A stretch of 32,000 nucleotides of DNA from Ruminococcus albus 7 = DSM 20455 (GTDB taxonomy: Bacteria; Bacillota; Clostridia; Oscillospirales; Ruminococcaceae): assembly GCF_000179635.2 (NCBI RefSeq), contig NC_014833.1:2730001-2762000 (forward strand). The letters are read 5' to 3'. The position numbers and the translations under genes were made by a program. This document shows, in pieces, positions 1-9,913 of this stretch (position 1 is the first letter of the stretch; every line of letters starts with the position of its first letter). Under the pieces are notes generated by a model. That model was not told the origin of the DNA. It saw only the letters and a list, made by a program, of their open reading frames with translations, and ran no database searches.

Positions 1-1128
1 AGCTTCAAGTATATCCTGTGTGGAGGGGTTCATGGTCTGACCGCCCTTTACAACACAGTCAACACCGAGGTCCTTGAACATGGTCTCGATACCGTTGCCT
101 GCGGCTACTGCAACAAAGCCGAACTCGTTGGTCTGCTCAGCGGGAGTAAAGGCGCTCTTGGCTTTTTTCTGCTCCTTCTCATGCTGGAGCTTCATGTTCT
201 CCACCTTAGGGAAGTTTATATAACCGAATTCAAGGCCTTTTTCAATAGCCTTGCCGGGGTTGTTGGTGTGTACGTGCACCTTGATTATCTCATCATCATC
301 AACTACGACCACGCAGTCACCGATAGTCTCAAGGTATGCCCTCAGCTTGATGGGGTCATCACAATCGGGCTTTTTGGTTATGAGCATCTCGGTGCAATAG
401 GTGAAGTTTATCTCAGCATCATACTGACCTACTACCGATGAGAATGTATCCACGGTAACAGCACCCTCGGCCTCAACAGTCTTCTTTTCCACAGGCTGAG
501 CCTTCTGCTCAACTATCTCACCGCCCTCAAATACATCTCGCATAGCCTCAAATATTATCAGCAGACCCATTCCGCCTGCATCCACAACACCTGCTTTAGC
601 AAGTGCCGGCAGAAGCTTGGGTGTCTTATCAAGAGTGATCTTTGCCTGTGCGCATACATCAGCCATGACAGCCCGTGGATCATTTGTGGACTTCAGTGTT
701 TCCCTTGCCTTTTCAGCCGCTTCCCTCGCCACCGTGAGTATAGTACCCTCAGTGGGCTTCATTACCGACTTGTACGCGCCCTGAACACCAAGTTCCAGCG
801 AATTTACAAGATCTTCGGCACCCATCTCGCTCTTTCCTGCAAGACCCTTTGAGAATCCTCTGAATATAAGAGAAAGTATAACGCCCGAATTTCCTCTTGC
901 ACCCCTCAGCAGACATGATGCCGCTGTGCTTGCAACAGTACTTACAGGTACATTATCACCCAGATTCTCAAGTTCAGCCACCGAATTATTTATCGTCATG
1001 GACATATTTGATCCCGTATCACCATCAGGCACGGGAAATACATTGAGCTCGTCCACAGACTTCTTTTTATTTGTGATACTGTGCGCACCGCTGATAAAAG
1101 CACGGCGCAGCATATTTCCGTTTATCAC
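1..1128 (-). CDS. DAK2 domain-containing protein (YloV-like); C-terminus runs off the left window edge
   Basis: My translation of the reverse strand gives VINGNMLRRAFISGAHSITNKKKSVDELNVFPVPDGDTGSNMSMTI...LLRGARGNSGVILS...GVVDAGGMGL, typical of DAK2/YloV proteins. GTG start at 1128 lies 6 nt after the AGGAGGAG RBS (1135-1142). It is not in the ORF track because no stop codon lies in the window. It follows an Asp23 gene, as in many Firmicutes. Confidence 0.85.
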   Translation of the reverse strand, partial: MINGNMLRRAFISGAHSITNKKKSVDELNVFPVPDGDTGSNMSMTINNSVAELENLGDNVPVSTVASTAASCLLRGARGNSGVILSLIFRGFSKGLAGKSEMGAEDLVNSLELGVQGAYKSVMKPTEGTILTVAREAAEKARETLKSTNDPRAVMADVCAQAKITLDKTPKLLPALAKAGVVDAGGMGLLIIFEAMRDVFEGGEIVEQKAQPVEKKTVEAEGAVTVDTFSSVVGQYDAEINFTYCTEMLITKKPDCDDPIKLRAYLETIGDCVVVVDDDEIIKVHVHTNNPGKAIEKGLEFGYINFPKVENMKLQHEKEQKKAKSAFTPAEQTNEFGFVAVAAGNGIETMFKDLGVDCVVKGGQTMNPSTQDILEA

Positions 1129-1181
1129 TGCTTGCTCCTCCTAATCAAAAGATATGAACAGACCCCATAACAAAAAAATTA

Positions 1182-1529
1182 TCAATCAGTCATCTCATCA
1201 ACATAAACGTTAACAGACTTGACCGTTATACCTGCTTCATTTGTCAGAACATAATTGACCTTATGTATGATGCTGTCAACAATAGCGCCGACATTTACAC
1301 CGTAAGTAACAGTTATATGAAGGTCTACGACCAGTTCGTCGCCATCCTGCGAGATTATGACTCCCTTAGTGGTATTCTGGCGTTTCAGCATAGCATTTAC
1401 GCCCTGCTTTGCACCATATACGTTAAGTCCCGCTACACCAAAGCAGTTTTCAGCAGTGTTGGATATGAGCTGCCTCAGATATCCTGTAGATATGCCGATA
1501 GTACCAAGATGATTTTTTATTTTGATCAT
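1182..1529 (-). CDS. Asp23/Gls24 family envelope/alkaline-shock stress protein
   Basis: 115-aa ORF MIKIKNHLGTIGISTGYLRQLISNTAENCFGVAG...VNVYVDEM has the typical Asp23-family length and motifs. GGGAGG RBS lies 7 nt upstream of the ATG. It is paired with the downstream DAK2 gene. Confidence 0.85.
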   Translation of the reverse strand: MIKIKNHLGTIGISTGYLRQLISNTAENCFGVAGLNVYGAKQGVNAMLKRQNTTKGVIISQDGDELVVDLHITVTYGVNVGAIVDSIIHKVNYVLTNEAGITVKSVNVYVDEMTD

Positions 1530-1796
1530 ACAAAAGCCTCCCTCGGTCAGATAAAATCTATTTAAACTACATTATATCATATACCTTCGGATTTTTCAAG
1601 AGATTTAAAAAATATTTTATCCGTTGCTCACCTGAGTTCCATAAATGATGACCTGAGGTACATTTTAGACAGATTTTTTTGTACAGGCTGTAAACACATT
1701 TTTAAATCATATAAACATGGTAGGAAATACTGCACAAAGTCACACCACCAAATCATGGAAACATTTGTCTGAATAAGATAAATACGATAAACCCTA

Positions 1797-1825
1797 TTGA
1801 CTTAGTGGGATATATATGTTATAAT
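1797..1825 (+). promoter_or_regulatory. Sigma-A type promoter for the suf operon
   Basis: TTGACT (1797-1802), 17-nt spacer, then TGtTATAAT extended -10 (TATAAT 1820-1825), about 50 nt upstream of the sufC ATG. Confidence 0.6.
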
Positions 1826-1877
1826 ACATCATATCATACTAAACAACTCGGAAATATTCTTTGAAAGGACGTTTGTC

Positions 1878-2624
1878 ATGTCAGAATTATTAAAGATAGA
1901 AGATCTGGCTGTTTCAGCTGAAGATAAGGAGCTGCTTCACAGCGTAACGATCACAATAGGTGAAGGCGAAACTCATGTACTCATGGGACAGAACGGTGCA
2001 GGTAAATCAACACTCGGCTGTACTATAATGGGAAGCCCCGAGTACAGGGTAACAGGAGGAAAAATATACTTTGAAGGCGAAGATATCACCGGTCTTTCCG
2101 CTGACAAACGTGCAAGACTGGGATTGTTCCTGTCATTTCAGAATCCAATAGAGATACCCGGCATCACCCTTGCTGAATTTCTCAGAAACGCACTTGAACA
2201 GACCACAGGCAAGCGCATAAAGCTCTGGGATTTCAAAAAGCAGCTAAAGGCAGCCATGAAGGTGCTTGATATGGATGAGAGCTACGCAGACCGTGACCTC
2301 AATGTAGGTTTCTCGGGCGGCGAGAAGAAAAAGGCAGAGATACTCCAGCTGCTGATACTTCAGCCTAAGCTTGCTATACTTGACGAGACCGATTCCGGTC
2401 TTGATGTTGATGCAGTAAAGATAGTATCCAAGGGCATTGAGGAGTACCGTCGTTCTGTAGGCGGTTCACTCATCATAATCACCCACAATGATAAGATACT
2501 CGCTTCCCTCAACGTTGACAAGACACATATCCTCGCTGACGGAAGGGTAGCAAAAGAGGGTGACGGTCATCTGGCATTCGAGGTGCTGGAAAACGGTTTT
2601 GAGAAATATATCGGTGAGGTGTGA
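1878..2624 (+). CDS. sufC: Fe-S cluster assembly ATPase SufC
   Basis: Walker A GQNGAGKST, ABC signature FSGGEKKK and Walker B LAILDETDSGLD. 248 aa. It sits immediately upstream of sufB/sufD. Confidence 0.95.
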   Translation: MSELLKIEDLAVSAEDKELLHSVTITIGEGETHVLMGQNGAGKSTLGCTIMGSPEYRVTGGKIYFEGEDITGLSADKRARLGLFLSFQNPIEIPGITLAEFLRNALEQTTGKRIKLWDFKKQLKAAMKVLDMDESYADRDLNVGFSGGEKKKAEILQLLILQPKLAILDETDSGLDVDAVKIVSKGIEEYRRSVGGSLIIITHNDKILASLNVDKTHILADGRVAKEGDGHLAFEVLENGFEKYIGEV

Positions 2625-2626
2625 AA

Positions 2627-4036
2627 ATGAGCAGCAAGACACAAGTTACGGATATCGACCGTTCGCTGTATGATTTCCGCTATGAAGAAGATGAGCGGGA
2701 TTTCTTTGACAGCGGCATCACACCCGATATCATAAAAGAGATATCCGAAGAAAAGAACGACCCCGAATGGATGAAGGATTTCCGCCTGAGATCATTGGAT
2801 ATATACAGCAGGACCCCTATGGTGAAATGGGGAGCTTCAATAGAAGGGCTGGATGTTGACAATATAGTAACATATATACGTCCCAAGAGCCGTATGAACA
2901 CGGATTGGAACGATGTTCCCGATGATATAAAGAACACCTTTGAAAAACTGGGCATCCCTCAGGCTGAGCGTGAATCCCTGGCAGGTGTCGGTGCACAGTA
3001 CGACAGCGAACTGGTATACCACAATGTTCGTGAAGAAGTTGCACAGTCAGGGGTAGTATACACCGATCTTGAAAGCGCTATGCATGATCCCAAATATGCT
3101 GAGATCATCAAAAGCCATTTCATGAAGCTGGTACCACCCACAGATCATAAGTTTGCTGCGCTCCACGGCGCGGTATGGTCAGGCGGTTCATTCGTATATG
3201 TACCAAAAAATGTACGATTGGAGATACCGCTCCAGTCATATTTCAGGCTTAATGCAAAAGGCGCCGGTCAGTTTGAGCATACACTTATAATACTGGAAGA
3301 AGGCGCTTATCTGCATTTCATCGAAGGCTGCTCTGCCCCGAAATACTACGAGGCAGGTCTGCACGCAGGCTGCGTTGAGCTGTATGTTGGCAAAAACGCA
3401 ACACTGCGTTATTCAACAATTGAAAACTGGTCCAAAAATATGTACAATCTCAACACCAAGCGTGCGATAGTCGATGAAGGCGGCAGGATCGAATGGGTAT
3501 CGGGAAGCTTTGGTTCTCATGTAAGCTATCTGTACCCCATGAGCATACTGAACGGCAGAGGCGCAAGTGCTGAGTTCACAGGCATAACCTTTGCAGGCGA
3601 AGGTCAGGATCTTGATACAGGTGCTAAGATAGTCCATAATGCTCCTGATACTTCTTCGTATATGAATACTAAATCCATAAGCAAATCAGGCGGCAAAAGC
3701 ACTTTCAGGAGTGCGGTAGTCGTTAACGAAAAGGCAGAGGGCAGCAAGTCCTCCGTCAACTGTGAATCCCTCATGCTGGATCGAATATCACGTTCTGATA
3801 CCGTACCCGTTATTGATGTAAAGACCGATAAATGTGATGTGGGTCATGAGGCAAAGATCGGCAGGATAAGCGATGAAGCTATCTTCTACCTGACCTCCAG
3901 AGGTCTTTCGGAGGAAGATGCAAGGGCTATGATAGTACGTGGTTTTGCTGACAACGTATCAAAAGAACTGCCCCTTGAATACGCAGTGGAGATGAACAAT
4001 CTTATCGGACTTGAAATGCATGGCAGCGTCGGCTGA
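2627..4036 (+). CDS. sufB: Fe-S cluster assembly scaffold SufB
   Basis: About 470 aa with SufB hallmarks (FIEGCSAP, HNAPDTSS, FYLTSRGLSEEDARAMIVRGF). ATG 2627 lies 5 nt after the GGTGAGGTG RBS. An alternative GTG at 2621 overlaps the sufC stop. Confidence 0.95.
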   Translation: MSSKTQVTDIDRSLYDFRYEEDERDFFDSGITPDIIKEISEEKNDPEWMKDFRLRSLDIYSRTPMVKWGASIEGLDVDNIVTYIRPKSRMNTDWNDVPDDIKNTFEKLGIPQAERESLAGVGAQYDSELVYHNVREEVAQSGVVYTDLESAMHDPKYAEIIKSHFMKLVPPTDHKFAALHGAVWSGGSFVYVPKNVRLEIPLQSYFRLNAKGAGQFEHTLIILEEGAYLHFIEGCSAPKYYEAGLHAGCVELYVGKNATLRYSTIENWSKNMYNLNTKRAIVDEGGRIEWVSGSFGSHVSYLYPMSILNGRGASAEFTGITFAGEGQDLDTGAKIVHNAPDTSSYMNTKSISKSGGKSTFRSAVVVNEKAEGSKSSVNCESLMLDRISRSDTVPVIDVKTDKCDVGHEAKIGRISDEAIFYLTSRGLSEEDARAMIVRGFADNVSKELPLEYAVEMNNLIGLEMHGSVG

Positions 4037-4048
4037 GGAGGATAGAAA

Positions 4049-4858
4049 ATGGCAGAAACAAAACTGAATATACTCCCTGTACCGACCTTCGGAAGTCTGG
4101 GTGTAAACTATGTCACACGGGATATCTCAGGATATGAGACCAAGGATATAGTCATCAGCAGCGGCAGCAGTGAGTCGGTGGTGCAGTATATAGATTCCGA
4201 TACTGAAACTAATGTAGATATCAAAAGCAATGCAAAGCTTAAACTTATACAGCTTTTCGACAGCAAGAAGAAATGCATATCAAAGCTGGGCATATCCCTT
4301 GAAGATAATGCGGATATCGAGCTTATACAGCTTTATCTTGGCGGCGATACCGTAAGCGAGATAGCAGCACGCCTTGACGGAGCAAAGAGCGTATTCAACG
4401 CAAAGATCGGTTATCAGCTGAACGGCGAGGACAAGCTTGATATCAACCTGATAGCTGAACATACAGGCAGAAAGAGCAGTTCGGAGATAATGGTCAACGG
4501 TGTTCTCAATGACAATGCCGCAAAGACCTTCAAGGGCACCATTGATTTCAAAAACGGTGCAGTCGGTGCACAGGGCAGCGAAAAAGAGGACGTTATTATG
4601 ATGAGCGAAAAGGTACGCAACAAAACTGTACCTGTTATTCTCTGCGCTGAGGAAGATGTTGTCGGTAATCACGGTGCGACTATCGGCAGGATAGATGATA
4701 AACACGTATTTTATATGAAGTCGAGAGGTATTCCCGAAGAAAAGATATATGAGCTTATGGCAAGGTCAAAGCTCGCACAGATCATCGCGCCTATAGATGA
4801 TGGATCTGCAAAGAAACGTATATATACTGCGCTCGGATGGGGTGAAGATATTGAGTGA
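4049..4858 (+). CDS. sufD: Fe-S cluster assembly protein SufD (short form)
   Basis: 269 aa with the SufB/D beta-helix C-terminal signature (GATIGRIDDKHVFYMKSRGIPEEKIYELM). GAGGAGG RBS. Position between sufB and sufS. Confidence 0.85.
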   Translation: MAETKLNILPVPTFGSLGVNYVTRDISGYETKDIVISSGSSESVVQYIDSDTETNVDIKSNAKLKLIQLFDSKKKCISKLGISLEDNADIELIQLYLGGDTVSEIAARLDGAKSVFNAKIGYQLNGEDKLDINLIAEHTGRKSSSEIMVNGVLNDNAAKTFKGTIDFKNGAVGAQGSEKEDVIMMSEKVRNKTVPVILCAEEDVVGNHGATIGRIDDKHVFYMKSRGIPEEKIYELMARSKLAQIIAPIDDGSAKKRIYTALGWGEDIE

Positions 4859-6071
4859 ATATAATTACAAGCAGGATATCCCGGTATTTGATGTATACAA
4901 GGATCTTGTTTATTTAGATAACGCAGCTACAACACAGAAGCCCCGAAAGGTACTGGAAGCTGCAGAGAAATATTACCGCGAAGAAAATGCCAATCCACTG
5001 AGAGGGCTTTATGAGCTCAGCGTAAAGGCTACTGATGCTTATGAAAATGCCCGTGAGGCTGTTCGCGGATTCATAGGTGCTGCAAGCACTAAAGAGATAG
5101 TATTTACGCGCAACGCAACTGAGAGCCTTAATCTTATAGCATACAGCTGGGGCCGCACAAATATCCGCAAGGGCGATGAGATACTTGTTGCTGTATCAGA
5201 GCATCACTCCGACCTGCTGCCATGGCAAAGACTCGCAGCTGATACCGGTGCCGTACTTAAATTTCTTGAATGCACAAAGCAAGGAGAATATTCAGCAGAT
5301 GATCTTAAAGCTGCACTTACAGCAGACACTAAATTATTCGCCATAGCACAGGTATCCAATGTGTTCGGCAGGATAAATCCGATAAAGACATTTGCTGAGA
5401 TATGCCATAATAACGGCACGCTGATAGTTTGCGACGGTGCACAGAGCGTTCCTCACATGGCTGTGGATGTAAGGGATCTTGATGTTGACTTCCTTGCATT
5501 TTCGGGTCATAAGATGTTCGCACCTATGGGTATAGGTGTACTTTATGCACGCGAGGAGCTTCTTCAGAATATGCCTCCCTTCCTGTATGGCGGAGAGATG
5601 ATAGAGTATGTTACCAGAGAAAGCGCAACATTCGCAGAACTGCCGCACAAGTTTGAGGCAGGCACTGTAAATGTAGGCGGTGCAGTTGGTCTGCACGCAG
5701 CAATAGACTATATAAATAGTATAGGTATGGAAAATATAGTCAGACGTGAAAACGAACTTACCGCACTGGCATTCAATGAGATGAAGCGCATCGGTAATAT
5801 AAACATAATAGGCTCTGATAAAGCGGAGGAACACCACGGAATAATCTCATTCACAATTGAGGGTGTACACCCCCACGATATCGCAGCCATATTCGACAGC
5901 GAAAATGTAGCTATAAGGGCAGGTCATCACTGTGCCCAGCCGCTGCACCAGCACTTAGGTGTACAATCTTCTGTACGCATGAGCCTGGCATTCTACAATG
6001 ACGAACACGACATCGCGAGGTTCATCGAGACCCTTGGCAGCGTAAGGAGGCGCATGGGATATGTCGGATAA
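4842..6071 (+). CDS. sufS: Cysteine desulfurase SufS (class V aminotransferase)
   Basis: LVYLDNAATTQKP N-terminal motif, PLP-lysine motif FSGHKM and active-site RAGHHCAQP. Start is uncertain. The ORF-track ATG at 4797 has no RBS and overlaps sufD by 62 nt. GTG 4842 or TTG 4851 give a normal N-terminus. Confidence 0.9.
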   Translation: MKILSEYNYKQDIPVFDVYKDLVYLDNAATTQKPRKVLEAAEKYYREENANPLRGLYELSVKATDAYENAREAVRGFIGAASTKEIVFTRNATESLNLIAYSWGRTNIRKGDEILVAVSEHHSDLLPWQRLAADTGAVLKFLECTKQGEYSADDLKAALTADTKLFAIAQVSNVFGRINPIKTFAEICHNNGTLIVCDGAQSVPHMAVDVRDLDVDFLAFSGHKMFAPMGIGVLYAREELLQNMPPFLYGGEMIEYVTRESATFAELPHKFEAGTVNVGGAVGLHAAIDYINSIGMENIVRRENELTALAFNEMKRIGNINIIGSDKAEEHHGIISFTIEGVHPHDIAAIFDSENVAIRAGHHCAQPLHQHLGVQSSVRMSLAFYNDEHDIARFIETLGSVRRRMGYVG

Positions 6072-6486
6072 TTTTTACAATGAAGTACTCATAGATCATA
6101 ATCTTCATCCTCAGCATCTTCATGAACTTCCCTGCGCTACCTGTTCAAATGCAGGGCTCAACCCTACCTGCGGAGATTCGCTTACCCTTCATCTTTCAAT
6201 AGAATCAGGCATAATAAAGGACGGTTCCTTTACAGGTGTTGGATGTGCGATATCTCAGGCTTCCACCGATATCATGCTTGATCTCATCATAGGCAGAACA
6301 CCCGATGAAGCAAGACATCTGAGCGACCTTTTCGGCAGAATGATAAACGGAACCATATCCGATGAGGAACTGGAAGAACTTGAAGAAGCAGGTGCGTTAC
6401 AGAATATCTCTAAAATGCCTGCAAGAGTCAAGTGTGCTACTCTCGGCTGGAAAACACTTGAAAAACTTCTGGACGAGAATATCTGA
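6061..6486 (+). CDS. sufU: SUF-system zinc-dependent sulfurtransferase/scaffold SufU (IscU/NifU N-terminal-like)
   Basis: 141 aa with NPTCGD, GVGCAISQAS and PARVKCATL cysteine motifs. It overlaps the sufS stop by 11 nt. AGGAGG RBS. Confidence 0.9.
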   Translation: MSDNFYNEVLIDHNLHPQHLHELPCATCSNAGLNPTCGDSLTLHLSIESGIIKDGSFTGVGCAISQASTDIMLDLIIGRTPDEARHLSDLFGRMINGTISDEELEELEEAGALQNISKMPARVKCATLGWKTLEKLLDENI

Positions 6487-6534
6487 TGACCCGTACTGAT
6501 GCATATATCAATATATCTATTATGAGGAGCATTC

Positions 6535-7680
6535 ATGGAAAACGAACTTTTTTTCAAAGGAAAATTCGGTATTGAACGAGAAACACTTCGCGTGGACAAG
6601 GATCTCAGGCTGTCGCAGACACCTCATCCTTTTACTGATACCGCCAACATCACCCGTGATTTCTGCGAAAATCAGATAGAACTGATAACCTCGGTCTGTT
6701 CAAGTGTACAGGAAACTATTTCTGAACTTGAAAAGCTGGACAGGACAGTCAGAGATACACTTGACAAATCCGGCGAGATCATCTGGATGTATTCAAATCC
6801 GCCCCATATCGCAAGCGAGGACGATATCCCCGTGGCTAATTTCACAGGCAGGCATTCCGAGAAGCGCCGCTACCGCGAACAGCTTGAAAAACGCTACGGA
6901 AAACGGCTCATGCTGTTTTCGGGGATACACTTCAACTTCTCCTTCGATGACGGGTATCTGCATACCCTGTATAAGGGCGATGACTTTTCTGCATGGCGGG
7001 ACAGCTTTTATCTCAGGCTTTATAAGCAGGTAAGCTTTCACAGCTGGCTGCCTCTTCTGCTGACGGCTGCAAGTCCCATATATGATCGTTCACTTGACGA
7101 AGACGGTGCAGCAGGTGCAGTGCTTGGTAAATATTCATCCGTCAGAAGCAGTGAACGCGGTTACTGGAACAGCTTTGTACCTATACTCAGATTCGGCAGT
7201 CTGGCAGACTTTGTGGAAAGCGTAAAGGAATACGTTGACAACGGAAGCCTGTTTTCCGCAAGTGAGCTTTATCTTCCCGTAAGGCTGAAACCCAAAGGCG
7301 TAAATCATATAGATAATTTTGCAGGCGGGGTCAGCCATATAGAACTGAGAATGTTTGACCTCAACCCTACAGAAGATCTGGGAATCGATGCAAATGATCT
7401 TGAGTTTGCTCATCTGCTTATAATGTATCTTTCATGTCAGCCCGATCTCGATTTCACACCCGAACGTCAGGTACAGGCTGTGAAAAACCACCAGAACGCC
7501 GCACTTTACAATCTTGACGGCGTAACGATAGACGGCGTACCGATACTTGAAAAAGCTTCTGAGATACTTGATAGTATGGAAGAATTTTTCAGGAGTAATA
7601 CTGATGCTGTCGGTATAATAAGATATGAAAAAGACAAACTGAAAAACAGACTCTGTGAAAGAATAAAAGTCTGCGGATAG
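6535..7680 (+). CDS. gshA: Glutamate-cysteine ligase (GshA-type gamma-glutamylcysteine synthetase)
   Basis: N-terminus FGIERETLRV...ENQIELIT...RYREQLEKRYGKRLMLFSGIHFNFS closely parallels E. coli GshA (GLERETLRV...YGALMQTISGVHYNFS). 381 aa, shorter than the 518-aa E. coli enzyme. GAGGAG RBS. Confidence 0.8.
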   Translation: MENELFFKGKFGIERETLRVDKDLRLSQTPHPFTDTANITRDFCENQIELITSVCSSVQETISELEKLDRTVRDTLDKSGEIIWMYSNPPHIASEDDIPVANFTGRHSEKRRYREQLEKRYGKRLMLFSGIHFNFSFDDGYLHTLYKGDDFSAWRDSFYLRLYKQVSFHSWLPLLLTAASPIYDRSLDEDGAAGAVLGKYSSVRSSERGYWNSFVPILRFGSLADFVESVKEYVDNGSLFSASELYLPVRLKPKGVNHIDNFAGGVSHIELRMFDLNPTEDLGIDANDLEFAHLLIMYLSCQPDLDFTPERQVQAVKNHQNAALYNLDGVTIDGVPILEKASEILDSMEEFFRSNTDAVGIIRYEKDKLKNRLCERIKVCG

Positions 7681-7690
7681 AGGTGATGAT

Positions 7691-8446
7691 ATGTGCGAGC
7701 TGTTAGGTTTTTCAGCAGCCCGGAAAGAAGATCTTTCTGATCTTCTTCGTGAGTTTTTTTCTCACAGCGAAAAAAATCCCCACGGGTGGGGCATGATGTA
7801 CGATCCCGATCGCAGGATCATCAAAGGCGCCGGAAAAGCCTATGACAGCAGCGAGCTTTACGAACTGCTGGAGAATATTTCTCCTCAGGATACACTTCTC
7901 GCACATATACGCTATGCAACGGTCGGCAAGATAAGGATAGAGAACTGCCATCCTTTTTCCGGGAGAGATATTTCAGGACGCGAATGGACACTGATCCACA
8001 ACGGTACCATATATTCTGGAAAGGATTCGTATAAATATCTGAATAAACAGATCGGCGATACCGACTCCGAAAGATTGTTCCTGTCATTCATGGATACGAT
8101 GAATGATGCGATCTCAAAGGGAAAGCTCACCGAGCGCGAACGTTTTGCTGTTGTTGACCGTTTCATTACAGACAACGCCCCGAGGAACAAGCTCAATCTC
8201 ATCATTTACGACGGTGATCTGATGTATGCACATAAAAATCTGAAAAATACCCTTTGCATCAAAAGATACGGCAAAGGTACACTGATAGCGACCGTTCCCC
8301 TTGATGACAGCAAGTGGGCACCGTTCCCCATGGCTCAGGTCATAGCTTTCAGACAAGGCAAAGTGGTCTATAAAGGGGAACGCCACAAAGGGATATTTGT
8401 CCCCACACTGGAATATATCACAGCGCTTGATGCTATGAATATATGA
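7691..8446 (+). CDS. Class II (Ntn) glutamine amidotransferase-like protein, YafJ/EgtC-like
   Basis: Starts MCELLGFS, so Cys2 is the N-terminal nucleophile as in YafJ (MCELLGMS). Also NPHGWG, HIRYATVG, NCHPF, LIHNG and TDSE motifs. GAGGTGATG RBS, 10 nt after the gshA stop. Confidence 0.8.
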   Translation: MCELLGFSAARKEDLSDLLREFFSHSEKNPHGWGMMYDPDRRIIKGAGKAYDSSELYELLENISPQDTLLAHIRYATVGKIRIENCHPFSGRDISGREWTLIHNGTIYSGKDSYKYLNKQIGDTDSERLFLSFMDTMNDAISKGKLTERERFAVVDRFITDNAPRNKLNLIIYDGDLMYAHKNLKNTLCIKRYGKGTLIATVPLDDSKWAPFPMAQVIAFRQGKVVYKGERHKGIFVPTLEYITALDAMNI

Positions 8447-8488
8447 TATCGGTACAGACAATATCTCAAAACGGAAGGAGCATAGTAA

Positions 8489-8938
8489 ATGAAGATCTCA
8501 ACAAGAGTTGAATACGGGATCATAGCACTTGCAGACATAGCGATAAACGGTGCCAACGGCAAGACCGTTTCATCATCGGATATATCCGAAAGACAGGATA
8601 TATCTCAGAAATATCTGGAGCAGATTATCATAAGCCTGCGTCAGGGCGGATTTGTAAAAGGTCAGAAAGGCTCGCGCGGCGGATATATGCTTTCTCGTCC
8701 TGCCGAGAAAATATATCTTTCTGAGATTCTCAACGCACTCGACAACAGCATCCTTGCCGATGCTTATGAGGAAAGCGAAGAGAATACAGCAGGGATGCGT
8801 AACTCGGTAAACTGTTGTCTTTGGGACAAAATAAACAGCTATATGCGCAGCTTCACCGAACAGATGACCCTTGCCGACCTGATAGCGGGACACAAAGAAA
8901 ACACTGAGGATCCCGAGATCAATATGTACTATATATAA
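8489..8938 (+). CDS. Rrf2 family transcriptional regulator (CymR/IscR-like)
   Basis: MKISTRVEYGIIALADIA N-terminus and the winged-helix segment ISQKYLEQIIISLRQGGFVKGQKGSRGGYMLSR are canonical Rrf2. The IscR-type 3-Cys cluster-ligand pattern is not obvious. Confidence 0.9.
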   Translation: MKISTRVEYGIIALADIAINGANGKTVSSSDISERQDISQKYLEQIIISLRQGGFVKGQKGSRGGYMLSRPAEKIYLSEILNALDNSILADAYEESEENTAGMRNSVNCCLWDKINSYMRSFTEQMTLADLIAGHKENTEDPEINMYYI

Positions 8939-8983
8939 TATAAACCAAATATATGAAGATAAATATGACAGGAGGAATACATT

Positions 8984-9886
8984 ATGCCATTAAGACTTAA
9001 AGAATCTCTTCCCGTCATCGAAAAGCTCAAAAAGGAAAACATTTTTGCGATGACGGAAGAACGTGCAAGCCATCAGGACATCAGAGAGCTGAAAATAGCT
9101 ATACTCAATCTCATGCCCGATAAGGAGAACACTGAACAGCAGCTTCTTCGTCTGTTGTCAAATTCGCCTTTGCAGATCGACGTAACTTTTGTAAGACTCG
9201 TATCACACAAGTACAAAAATACTCCGCTCTCATATCTTCTGAAGAACTACTGCCCTTTCTACGAGATAGAGAACAAGTACTTCGACGGTCTGATAATCAC
9301 AGGAGCTCCCGTGGAAAAGCTGGAGTATGAGGATGTGGACTACTGGGGCGAACTGACCTCAATAATGGAGTGGGCAAGGCTCCACGTTACATCTACGCTG
9401 TATCTTTGCTGGGCAGCTCAGGCAGGTCTTTATTATCACTATGGAGTTAATAAATTCGATTACGATAAAAAGCTGTCGGGTATATACGAACATACTGTGA
9501 CTGATCCTACAGATGAGCTGGTAAGAGGCTTTGATAAGAACTTCTATGCTCCCCATTCAAGGTATACAGGAATATCCAGGGATGATATAGAAAAGAATCC
9601 CGAACTTACCATACTGGCAGGCTCAGAAATCACAGGTCCTTATATCATATCCGACGGCGGAAGCAATATATTCGTCAACGGCCATCCCGAGTACGATCTC
9701 TATCGTCTGGCTGAGGAATACATACGCGATACCGATGCTGGTCTTGATCCCGATATCCCCGTGAACTATTTCCCCGATGATGACCCCGACAACGAACCCG
9801 TCAGCCGCTGGATCTCAGCATCCAGTCTGCTGTTCTCAAACTGGCTCAACTATTTCGTATATCAGATAACTCCATACAAATTCTGA
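8984..9886 (+). CDS. metA: Homoserine O-acyltransferase MetA (acetyl- or succinyl-transferase)
   Basis: 300 aa with IAILNLMPDKENTEQQLLRLL, GLIITGAPVE, HSRYT and NGHPEYD motifs typical of MetA/MetAA. AGGAGG RBS. Confidence 0.93.
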   Translation: MPLRLKESLPVIEKLKKENIFAMTEERASHQDIRELKIAILNLMPDKENTEQQLLRLLSNSPLQIDVTFVRLVSHKYKNTPLSYLLKNYCPFYEIENKYFDGLIITGAPVEKLEYEDVDYWGELTSIMEWARLHVTSTLYLCWAAQAGLYYHYGVNKFDYDKKLSGIYEHTVTDPTDELVRGFDKNFYAPHSRYTGISRDDIEKNPELTILAGSEITGPYIISDGGSNIFVNGHPEYDLYRLAEEYIRDTDAGLDPDIPVNYFPDDDPDNEPVSRWISASSLLFSNWLNYFVYQITPYKF

Positions 9887-9913
9887 TCACACCTGAGATC
9901 CAATAATATATAC

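Noticed and set aside
181-1144. Plus-strand ORFs 181-441 and 926-1144
   Set aside because: They lie antisense within the clearly homologous DAK2/YloV-like coding sequence. They have low-complexity translations and no RBS.
2680-8893. Minus-strand ORFs inside sufB, sufD, sufS, sufU, gshA, the amidotransferase and Rrf2 genes (for example 4280-4705, 5334-5837, 6255-6599, 8114-8461, 8573-8893)
   Set aside because: They are shadow ORFs opposite strongly supported genes. There are no family signatures, and their composition is typical of antisense frames.
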